DNA of 56,112 nucleotides from IMG/VR virus record IMGVR_UViG_3300020603_000019, positions 1 to 56,112 of that record. One strand, written 5' to 3'. This DNA comes from a virus. Its lineage: Duplodnaviria; Caudoviricetes. The stretch's first letter is position 1; each line of letters begins with the position of its first letter. The notes below the pieces were generated by a model. That model did not search any database. It saw only the letters and a program-made list of their open reading frames with translations, and was not told the DNA's origin. This document shows positions 35,481-43,973 of the stretch, in pieces. The translations under genes were made by a program, and so were the position numbers.

Positions 35481-35942
35481 TTGAAAACTCTCGAAGACTT
35501 GAAGGTAAAGGGTCGCCTGAATATCGTTCTGCGCGACAAGGACGGCAACATCAAAGATCAGCGCGAGGTCGATAACCTTGTCGTTAACGCCGGTCTTGCG
35601 TACATCATCAGCCGCATGGTTGGCACGGCGAAGTCCGTCATGTCGCACATGGCGCTCGGCTCCGGTACGACCGCTGCAGCTGCGGGTCAGACTGACCTCG
35701 TCAGTTTGCTCGGTGATCGCGAAGCCCTTGACTCGACCACGATTGCTGGCGCGAACAACAACCAAGTTGTGTACGTCTCGTCGTTTGAGGCGGGGGATGC
35801 GACCGGAGCTGTAACCGAAGCGGGCATTTTCAACGCCTCGACTGCTGGTGACATGCTCTGCCGTACCGCGTTCTCAGTTGTCAACAAGGCTGCAGACGAT
35901 GCGATGACGGTGACGTGGACAATCACTCTGTCCGCAGTCTAA
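35481..35942 (+). CDS. Tail-associated structural protein
   Basis: NLVVNAG, MALGSGTTAAAAGQT, GAVTEAGIFN, VNKAADD..TVTWTIT. Confidence 0.75.
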   Translation: MKTLEDLKVKGRLNIVLRDKDGNIKDQREVDNLVVNAGLAYIISRMVGTAKSVMSHMALGSGTTAAAAGQTDLVSLLGDREALDSTTIAGANNNQVVYVSSFEAGDATGAVTEAGIFNASTAGDMLCRTAFSVVNKAADDAMTVTWTITLSAV

Positions 35943-35999
35943 TGGCGGGGCGTGGCTCTCACGCCCTTCCTTTCCGTCACTAGTCGCTAGGGAAGCAGC

Positions 36000-38900
36000 A
36001 TGGCAACGATTACTACTCGGGCTGGCAAAGGGTCTCCGCTGACCAACACTGAAGTTGATGCAAACTTTACGAACATCAACTCAGAGCTTGGTCAGAAGCT
36101 CACCGGAAATCAGACAGTCACTCTTAGCGGTGACGCGACTGGCTCCGGTGCGACTGCTATTGCGGTCACGCTTGCGAATTCCGGTGTGACGGCGGGGTCT
36201 TACGGTTCCTCAAGCGCGATCCCTGTCATTACGGTCGATGCGAAGGGCAGGCTGTCGAACGTCTCGACAGCAGCGGTTTCAATTCCGTCTGGCTCGTTGA
36301 CTTTTACCGGTGATGTCACAGGCTCAGGCAATACTGGATCAAGTACCGCTTTGACGCTTGCAAACAGCGGAGCGACCGCTGGCACCTACACGAAGGTGAC
36401 GGTTGACGCGAAGGGTCGCGTCACCACCGGCTCGTCACTTGCTTCGAGCGATGTCACGACCGCGCTCGGGTTCACGCCGTACAACAGCAGCAACCCGAGC
36501 GGCTATATCACAAGCTCGTCGCTGTCGAGCTATCTGCCGTTAACCGGCGGGACGCTGACTGGACAGCTCAATATCGATACGGGCACCAACCTGTCGTTTG
36601 GTAGCCAGACCCGGCAGATGATAAATCTGTGGGGCACCCAATACGGCATTGGCGTTCAAAGCGGCACCACGTATTTTAGGTCTGCCAGTAGATTCTCTTG
36701 GCATCGTGGCGGCTCTCACAATGACAGTGAGAATAACGCAGGTGGTGGCACTGTTGCTATGACACTTGATAGTGGCAATAGTTTGTATGTAACTGGGAAC
36801 GTATTTAACGCTGGCAACCAAGTCCTCCACGCAGGTAACTACACCTCCTACAGCCCCTCGCTCACCGGCTCCGGTGCTTCCGGCACTTGGGGCATCAACA
36901 TCAGCGGAAACGCAAACACCGCGTCTCTGGCGATTTGGTCGAATCAGTACAACTTCACCACCGCAGGGGCGGGATGGTATCGCGTTGCAACTACGGGAAG
37001 CGACGGTCGTGGCACTTATAATGTCGAACTGTTTTGCACAGGCGGCAGTCACAATCCTTCGCTGTTGCAGATTTGCGCGCAGGGAGACTGGGGCAACGAC
37101 AAAATCGTCTATGCAAAATGGGACGGCAACTTCCCGGCAAACGCGGTACGCATCACGCGAGGCGCGAGTAACACGTTCCTTGAGGTGTATTTCACCACAA
37201 CAATACTTGGCGCGACATTTCGCATCAACAGAACCGGGTTTGATACGTCGATTACTCCGTTCACTGGCAGCCTTCCGGCTGGCGGCGATACGGTAAAGGA
37301 CACGCTTGACATAACAGCAAAGATAAATGCATCAACATTGTCGGTGTCTAACAGCACAACGGCGATACGGCTGGCAAGCGGTTATCACATTGGAATGGGC
37401 GATTGGGGGATGCGAAACACCACCCCCTATGGGTGGATTCAGTTCGGTCCAGCAAACAGCAGCTGGGCGCACATCTACGCCGACCGCACGTTCTACTTCA
37501 ACCAAGAGCTATACGTCAACAACCAGCAGGTTCTCCACTCCGGTAACTACAGCAACTACTCTCTCCCGTTAAGCGGCGGGACGCTAACTGGCAGCGCGAC
37601 GATTTCGGGCAACGGCAATGGGCTTTATTTTACTGGCGGGAACAATCGACTCTATTTTAGCGGCTATCGTGCAATGGAGGGCAGCACGAACGGCGCACAA
37701 CTTCAAATAGGTGAGAGCTACAGCGCGACTTATTTGCAAAGTGCAAATAACTACGCGACAACGTCGAACCATGTAATTCTCCACGCCGGTAACTACACCT
37801 CTACACTAGATGGTCGTTATCTTTATGCAACATCTAATCCGAGTGTTGCAGGAAACTTCACTCTTTCCATTGGCAACAATGGCTCATACTCGTATGTCCA
37901 ATCACATGCGGGTCAGCCGCTTGAGTTAAATCCCGTTGGAAACACGGTACGGATCGCCGGAAACATCGCTCTTCACGCTGGCAACTTCGGCAGCTACGCC
38001 CTCCCGTTAAGCGGCGGGACGCTCACCGGCGGATTGAATGGAACCACTGGCGGATTCACGGGATTTTTTGGCATCGGCGGTAGTTTTGGCTCAGACGATG
38101 GTGGCTGGGGTGCGCGTCTAAATGTTGGCGGCGGACCACACGCAAGAATTGATGCGCGATGTGCCAATGATGGAATCGTAACCACCATCTATTCGCACGT
38201 AGGGCAGAATCGCGGTTTTGTTGGAACGTTGAGTAACCATCGTCTTTGTCTTGGTGTGAACGGCTCGGAAATACAATCTGTTCACAGCAGTTATTCAGAG
38301 TCTGTTGGTTCTTATAGGGCGCCAATCTTCTACGACAGTGGAAACACTAGTTACTACGCCGACCCGGCTGGAAATTCAGTCCTATATAAATTTGAAAGCA
38401 TAAATCAACGCACCGCATACGACCGTGGATGGAGTAATTACCCATCTATTACTGTATACAACACAACCGATCAAGGTCCGCAGGGAGAGTTCCGTATTCA
38501 TGGCGCTCCCGGTGCTAACGGCGGCGATTTTTCAGTAGATCTGCGCGTTGACGGATCTATCATCACACACGGCATTTCTTACGGACTTGCCTCTTCCCGC
38601 GCCCCAATTTTTTACGACTACGACGACACTGGTTATTACATCGACCCAAACAGCACCAGTGACGCTGCTCTTCGTATGCGGGGTGGCGCACTGTTTGGAC
38701 CGAATATTACGTGGGGTGCATCCCTCTACGTTGGAGGAAACGGGCGCGTTGGAAGTTCCGCGTCGGTTGCAGTCACGAATGGCAACTTACATCTTGACTG
38801 TCAGAACGGTTACAACACGTACATTAACTGGTACGCCGGTACCAACACTTACACACAGGGCAACTTTGGCGTAGGAAGCGACAGCGCATCGCACAGACTT

Positions 38901-40484
38901 CATGTCCATGGCACTGGTTTTGCTACTTCGGATTTCCGCTCTCCAATCTTCTACGACAGCAACAACACTGCGTATTACGCAGACCCTGACGGCACATCGT
39001 CTTTCAATCAATTAAGATCAAATTACTTAGCGAATCGACACGACGTATCGACTGACCACGGATTCGGGATATATTTTGAACCCGGTCTTAGCACCGCCTA
39101 CGCAATCTTCCGTGAGTCGGGTTCGTGGAGTCATCCTTACCCCGATCTCCGTATTGCCTTCCATACTGGAATCAAACTAGGCGCACACGCCAGTTACCAA
39201 GGAATTCGCTTTTACGATGACTACAACATGGCTGGACAGGTCATGTCGGTAAATAACGGCAGCGACCCACTCGGCGGTGGAAACGTCTATGTAAACAACT
39301 CGCTGCAAGCAGGCAGTTCACTCCGCGCCCCAATCTTCTACGACAGCAACGACACCGGTTTTTACATCGACCAAAACAGCGAATCAAACTGGCAAGGGCT
39401 AACTCTTCGGGGAAAGGCTCAAACAGGTTTGACAGGTAAGTCAAACTGGAAACGCCCAGACATTACAGGCGATAGCAATTATTGGACCGGTATCATGGGT
39501 TGGGGTACTACAGACTTCAACACTGTAATGACATGGGGTTCTGGATTTTTCGATACATGGAGCAGTCCTGCAAATAGCCCCGGAGATACTAGTCACTGGA
39601 CCGGGGTTCAATCCTACCACTATGTCAGTGGTGCCAATAGCGGATACGGCTGGCAATTAGCTGGCGGACCAACCGACAGTTTGTGGTGGAGACATAGTTG
39701 GCCCCACAACAGTAGTTGGTTCAAGGTCGCTATGTACGGAAATAATCATAGCACTGGTTCTTTCTACGCCTCAATCTTCTACGACGCCAACGACACGGCG
39801 TATTACGGAAACTTCGCAGACAGCGGTAACTCAATCGTAATGGCGGGGTCTGTCAACGCGCAGACATACAACAAGCCAGCACTTCGTGTGAATTCAAGCG
39901 GCTCGTCGTCATCTGGCGCAGCGTTTGCGATACAGCAGATTACCGCAGAAGGATGGACAGGCGTATTTGTAGACTACGAGCCATACACGGGCTGGGGTCT
40001 ATATCACGACAACCCAAATAACTATTTCTGTGTAACGTCAGAGGGGGCGACGGGAGGCATTCGCTCATTCACGGTGCCGTCTCGCGAGAGTGGAAACAGA
40101 ACTGCCTACGAAAAGATCCGTTTTGATCAAAACGACGGCAGCATCATAGCCGGTGGAAACGTAACCGCTTACTCAGATATTCGCGTAAAAGAAAATGTTC
40201 AGGTTGTTACCTTGCCAATTCAAAAGGTTATGGCGATGCGCGGCGTGACGTTTACAAGAAACGACGAGCAGTCAGGTCGGAGATACGTAGGTGTGATAGC
40301 GCAGGAAGTTGAGAAGGTACTTCCTGAAGTTGTATTTCTCTCTGACGAATCAGATAAAGACTCATCAAAAACAGTAGCCTACGGAAACATTGTGGGATTG
40401 CTTATCGAGGCAATTAAGGAGCAGCAATTACAAATCGCAGCCGTGTCGGCTGAGATCAATTCTCTGAAGGAGAGACTGCAATGA
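36000..40484 (+). CDS. Long modular tail fibre with C-terminal S74 intramolecular chaperone
   Basis: Gly/Ser/Thr-rich shaft, repeated LHAGNY, LPLSGGTLTG and RAPIFYD units; SDIRVKEN...GVIAQEVEKVLPE...LLIEAIKE. Confidence 0.9.
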   Translation: MATITTRAGKGSPLTNTEVDANFTNINSELGQKLTGNQTVTLSGDATGSGATAIAVTLANSGVTAGSYGSSSAIPVITVDAKGRLSNVSTAAVSIPSGSLTFTGDVTGSGNTGSSTALTLANSGATAGTYTKVTVDAKGRVTTGSSLASSDVTTALGFTPYNSSNPSGYITSSSLSSYLPLTGGTLTGQLNIDTGTNLSFGSQTRQMINLWGTQYGIGVQSGTTYFRSASRFSWHRGGSHNDSENNAGGGTVAMTLDSGNSLYVTGNVFNAGNQVLHAGNYTSYSPSLTGSGASGTWGINISGNANTASLAIWSNQYNFTTAGAGWYRVATTGSDGRGTYNVELFCTGGSHNPSLLQICAQGDWGNDKIVYAKWDGNFPANAVRITRGASNTFLEVYFTTTILGATFRINRTGFDTSITPFTGSLPAGGDTVKDTLDITAKINASTLSVSNSTTAIRLASGYHIGMGDWGMRNTTPYGWIQFGPANSSWAHIYADRTFYFNQELYVNNQQVLHSGNYSNYSLPLSGGTLTGSATISGNGNGLYFTGGNNRLYFSGYRAMEGSTNGAQLQIGESYSATYLQSANNYATTSNHVILHAGNYTSTLDGRYLYATSNPSVAGNFTLSIGNNGSYSYVQSHAGQPLELNPVGNTVRIAGNIALHAGNFGSYALPLSGGTLTGGLNGTTGGFTGFFGIGGSFGSDDGGWGARLNVGGGPHARIDARCANDGIVTTIYSHVGQNRGFVGTLSNHRLCLGVNGSEIQSVHSSYSESVGSYRAPIFYDSGNTSYYADPAGNSVLYKFESINQRTAYDRGWSNYPSITVYNTTDQGPQGEFRIHGAPGANGGDFSVDLRVDGSIITHGISYGLASSRAPIFYDYDDTGYYIDPNSTSDAALRMRGGALFGPNITWGASLYVGGNGRVGSSASVAVTNGNLHLDCQNGYNTYINWYAGTNTYTQGNFGVGSDSASHRLHVHGTGFATSDFRSPIFYDSNNTAYYADPDGTSSFNQLRSNYLANRHDVSTDHGFGIYFEPGLSTAYAIFRESGSWSHPYPDLRIAFHTGIKLGAHASYQGIRFYDDYNMAGQVMSVNNGSDPLGGGNVYVNNSLQAGSSLRAPIFYDSNDTGFYIDQNSESNWQGLTLRGKAQTGLTGKSNWKRPDITGDSNYWTGIMGWGTTDFNTVMTWGSGFFDTWSSPANSPGDTSHWTGVQSYHYVSGANSGYGWQLAGGPTDSLWWRHSWPHNSSWFKVAMYGNNHSTGSFYASIFYDANDTAYYGNFADSGNSIVMAGSVNAQTYNKPALRVNSSGSSSSGAAFAIQQITAEGWTGVFVDYEPYTGWGLYHDNPNNYFCVTSEGATGGIRSFTVPSRESGNRTAYEKIRFDQNDGSIIAGGNVTAYSDIRVKENVQVVTLPIQKVMAMRGVTFTRNDEQSGRRYVGVIAQEVEKVLPEVVFLSDESDKDSSKTVAYGNIVGLLIEAIKEQQLQIAAVSAEINSLKERLQ

Positions 40485-40864
40485 CGATGACTTATACGTG
40501 GAAAGTGACCAGCATGAAGGTGCGGGACGAAGTGAACGCTGACGGCGAAACACTTCCGAAAGCGGTGTGCAATACCTATTGGGAAAAAAAGGGTGTTGAC
40601 GAAAACGGAAACGAAGGATCGTTTGTCGGGGCGACACCATTCACCGCCGCTAAAGTTCCTGCGGGACAGTTTGTTCCGTTTGATCAACTGACTGAAGCGG
40701 TCGTGCTTGGCTGGATTCAATCTGTTGTGGTTGGCGACTACGAAGCCCATGTGAACGGGCGTATCGCAAAGCAGATTGCCGACAAGGCGATCACTGAGCA
40801 GTCGATGCCGTGGATACCGGACACTGCGCCAGTAACCCCTGTTGTGCCAGCCCCTATTACTTGA
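40481..40864 (+). CDS. Tail fibre-associated small protein
   Basis: YTWKV...FVPFDQLTEAVVLGW...MPW. Confidence 0.75.
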   Translation: MTMTYTWKVTSMKVRDEVNADGETLPKAVCNTYWEKKGVDENGNEGSFVGATPFTAAKVPAGQFVPFDQLTEAVVLGWIQSVVVGDYEAHVNGRIAKQIADKAITEQSMPWIPDTAPVTPVVPAPIT

Positions 40865-41260
40865 GTGGAGAATCCAATGACCATTGTTTACTCTTACAAG
40901 GTCAACGCGGCTCGCGTTGGATCACAGGACAGCCTGACCGATGTTATTAAACAAGTGAACTTCACCGTTACCGGCGAAGACGACGGGGCAAAGTTTAGTT
41001 TGCCGACAAGTTGCGAGTTGGCAGATGCTGACCCGAATAACTTCACGGCTTTTGATCAGTTGACTGAAGCGCAGATCATAGGGTGGGTCGAGAACCTCAC
41101 AACTACGAACGCAATAAAAGATCACGTTGCAATGGTCATGGAAAAAGAGAAGTCGAAGCTTGTTTTAGAGAACAAGCGGTTACCGTGGAAACCAGTTGTT
41201 GAAGCCGCTCCGATGCCTCCGACCGATCCGGCTCCTCCGACGCCTCCGACCGGCGGGTAA
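40865..41260 (+). CDS. Tail fibre-associated small protein (paralog of previous)
   Basis: YSYKV...FTAFDQLTEAQIIGW...LPW. Confidence 0.75.
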   Translation: MENPMTIVYSYKVNAARVGSQDSLTDVIKQVNFTVTGEDDGAKFSLPTSCELADADPNNFTAFDQLTEAQIIGWVENLTTTNAIKDHVAMVMEKEKSKLVLENKRLPWKPVVEAAPMPPTDPAPPTPPTGG

Positions 41261-41263
41261 CAA

Positions 41264-41731
41264 ATGCCTCTGCCGCCAAGTGGTCAAATTTCTATGGCTC
41301 AAATCCATTCGGAGTTTGGTCGTGGGCACAACTTGAATGCCTATCGAGGGACGAGCCATTCGACGGGTACGTTTCCAAGCGGACAAATTGCATTTTCAGA
41401 TTTTCATGGGAAATCAAATACTCCAACGCTTGTCGTGACGTATCCGTCACTCGCCTATGGACAGTTTTACGGCTACGATTACTGCGGGGGCACAAACACG
41501 CAAGTTGGACAGCCAACGATAACCGGTGGTACGGGTGTTTACACTTATAGTTGGGCCCGTATAAGTGCATCTTTTGATATGACGATTAGTCAGACCAATG
41601 TCCAACGCCCTATTTTTGCTGCCTATTACTGCAATAATGGATTCGTAGAAACTTGGCGAGTGACAGTAACGTCGGGTAGCCAAAGCGTTTACAATGACAT
41701 TAATATCTCTCTGGAATATTATATGCTTTAG
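41264..41731 (+). CDS. Tail-associated hypothetical protein
   Basis: MPLPPSGQIS...I..EFG...SGQIAFSDFHGKS N-terminal module. Confidence 0.7.
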   Translation: MPLPPSGQISMAQIHSEFGRGHNLNAYRGTSHSTGTFPSGQIAFSDFHGKSNTPTLVVTYPSLAYGQFYGYDYCGGTNTQVGQPTITGGTGVYTYSWARISASFDMTISQTNVQRPIFAAYYCNNGFVETWRVTVTSGSQSVYNDINISLEYYML

Positions 41732-41758
41732 TTTTAGCAACAACGGGAGTTTATTTTG

Positions 41759-41926
41759 ATGAGTACGTTGAAGTTTGAAGTAACGATGGAAGAAGGCAAC
41801 TTGTTAATCGCAGCGCTTGCCAAGCAGCCATTCGAGGCTGTGGCTGGCTTGATCAACAAGCTTCACCAGCAAGCGCAGGGTCAGCTTCCACCGCCGTCGG
41901 TGGAGGGTGATAATAAGGTCAATTAG
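41759..41926 (+). CDS. Small hypothetical protein (55 aa, not in ORF track)
   Basis: MSTLKFEVTMEEGNLLIAALAKQPFEAVAGLINKLHQQAQGQLPPPSVEGDNKVN; GGGAG SD. Confidence 0.7.
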   Translation: MSTLKFEVTMEEGNLLIAALAKQPFEAVAGLINKLHQQAQGQLPPPSVEGDNKVN

Positions 41927-41933
41927 ACCAGGT

Positions 41934-41962
41934 AAGCCCCGTCCCAATGAGGGCGGGGCTTT
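41934..41962 (+). terminator. Intrinsic terminator
   Basis: AAGCCCCGTCC...GGGCGGGGCTTT followed by a T-rich tract. Confidence 0.7.
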
Positions 41963-41989
41963 GTTGCAAATATTAGCTTTGGTAACATA

Positions 41990-42247
41990 ATGGATATCAC
42001 TTCCTCTGCCGGATCAGCTGATCAGCGTTACTTGGAAAGCTCACCCCCTACCGACGAACGGTACTGGGCGGTTGCTTCTAAGCTCGCTGCCCATGAAGCG
42101 ATGTGTGAAGAACGGTCTAAAAACATCGATGGACGGTTAGAGAAGATAGAAGATGGTATCGAGAATATTAACCACTGGGGAATCGTGATTGGGTTCACAC
42201 TGATCTGTAGCATGGCGGGTATCCTTGCTACCTTGCTACTAAAATGA
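41990..42247 (+). CDS. XhlA-like coiled-coil/TM protein
   Basis: HEAMCEER...RLEKIE plus C-terminal TM. Confidence 0.6.
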   Translation: MDITSSAGSADQRYLESSPPTDERYWAVASKLAAHEAMCEERSKNIDGRLEKIEDGIENINHWGIVIGFTLICSMAGILATLLLK

Positions 42248-42254
42248 GGTACGC

Positions 42255-43973
42255 ATGGCTTACTTTAAACGCGACCGGTTTAGCGGAATTGCACCGGGCG
42301 TATCCCCCCGCCTCTTAAATGACCAGTTTGCTCAGACCGCTGAGAATATTGATTTTGAATCCGGGCGACTGACTCCGACTACGAACGACACCGAGGTCTA
42401 CACCCTACAGAGTGGGCTTCGCCGGTCGATCTACTACTATCGAGATATCAACTGGCTTGAGTGGGACGAGGACGGCGTCAAGGCCGTACCTGGTCCCATT
42501 CCAGGGGACACCCTGGCACGCCTGTACTTTACTGGCGACGACTACCCGCGCTACGGCACGGTCAGTACGCTTATATCTGGCAACGCCGGGTACCCGGCCA
42601 ACAGTTATCGCCTGGGAGTTCCGGCCCCTGCCGACGCGCCGACCATAGTTAAAACCGGTACGGCAGACCCGAATCAGACTCCAGACGATGTCTCTTATGT
42701 CTACACCTTCGTAACAGCCTTCGGCGAGGAAGGGCCTCCGAGCCCGGCTACCGCGCCGATTGAGCGCACGGACACCGAAACGGTCACGATTACGATGCCC
42801 GCCAACCAGCTGCCGAGTGGCAACTACAACTTCGGCAACGGTTCGTTAAAGCGTATCTACCGGTCCAATACCGGCTCCACGAATACGGCGTTTCAGTTCC
42901 TGGCCCAAGTGTCTTTGGCTACTACCACCTACGCCGACACGACCCCGTCAGCAGGTCTTGGGGAAGTGCTCCCAAGCGAGACCTGGATTGGCCCCCCGGA
43001 CGACAACGTCTCGCTGTACCCGGACGGCCCGATGAAGGGTCTGATAGCCGTGGCAAACGGCGTGTTTGCCGGGTTCACCGGTAAACGGTTCTGTGTCAGT
43101 GAACCGTTCCTTCCGCATGCCTGGCCGGTGGATTACCGGATCACGGTCGAGGAGGACATCGTGGCCATCGGGGCCGTGGCCAACGGTGTTGTCGCTCTGA
43201 CCAACGGCACCCCCTACTTCATCACGGGAACTGACCCCAGTGCGATGACCGCGATTCGTGTTGACCTGCCACAGGCCTGTATCAACGTGAACAGCGTGGT
43301 CGACATGGGGTCGGTCCTGTTTTACGCAGGACCAGACGGTTTGTGCGCCGTGAGCAGTGGTGATGGGCGCGTGGTCACCGAAGGGTTGATCTCGTCCAGG
43401 CAGTGGTCCGACATCTTCGCTCCGACCTCCTACCGTGCCTTTAGGCACGAGAACACCTACGTGGCGTTCTGGACTGAGGGCGGGGTCAACAAGGGCTTTG
43501 TATACGATCCACGGGCCGAGGAAGCAGCCCTCTCGACACTGACCACGGCTAACGCGGTACGCGGCGGGTACATGAATCCGAAGGACGGTGAGCTTTACCT
43601 AATCGTCAACAACAAAATTGCCAAGTACCGTGGCAGTAGCACAAAACGCACTCTCACCTGGAAGTCTAAGCAGCTCGTTCTGCCGAAGCCAACCAGCATG
43701 AGCTGGGTGTCCGTGCACGCTCAGGCTTACCCGGTTGCAGTGAAGGTCTGGGCGGACGGTACGTTGATTGCCCACTACAGTTTGTCGTTTGCAAACAACA
43801 CTTACACCCAGACCGTTACCGTACCAAACGGCGCTACGACCGGATCATTACGTGAGCCTGTGATGCGTCTTCCTGCAAAGCTAGCTCAGGTGTGGGAGGT
43901 CCAGGTGTCGGGGGCCGTTGAGATCGATGAAGTCTGCCTTGCCCAGAGCATGGATGAGATAGCTGGCTTATGA
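42255..43973 (+). CDS. Tail tubular/nozzle-like protein
   Basis: FSGIAP..SPRLL, SYVYTFVTAFGEEGPPSP, RIYRS, SEPFLPHAWP, TWKSK pattern. Confidence 0.7.
   Translation: MAYFKRDRFSGIAPGVSPRLLNDQFAQTAENIDFESGRLTPTTNDTEVYTLQSGLRRSIYYYRDINWLEWDEDGVKAVPGPIPGDTLARLYFTGDDYPRYGTVSTLISGNAGYPANSYRLGVPAPADAPTIVKTGTADPNQTPDDVSYVYTFVTAFGEEGPPSPATAPIERTDTETVTITMPANQLPSGNYNFGNGSLKRIYRSNTGSTNTAFQFLAQVSLATTTYADTTPSAGLGEVLPSETWIGPPDDNVSLYPDGPMKGLIAVANGVFAGFTGKRFCVSEPFLPHAWPVDYRITVEEDIVAIGAVANGVVALTNGTPYFITGTDPSAMTAIRVDLPQACINVNSVVDMGSVLFYAGPDGLCAVSSGDGRVVTEGLISSRQWSDIFAPTSYRAFRHENTYVAFWTEGGVNKGFVYDPRAEEAALSTLTTANAVRGGYMNPKDGELYLIVNNKIAKYRGSSTKRTLTWKSKQLVLPKPTSMSWVSVHAQAYPVAVKVWADGTLIAHYSLSFANNTYTQTVTVPNGATTGSLREPVMRLPAKLAQVWEVQVSGAVEIDEVCLAQSMDEIAGL

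Noticed and set aside
36000-40484. Diversity-generating retroelement target
   Set aside because: No reverse transcriptase and no template/variable repeat pair with adenine-specific mismatches.
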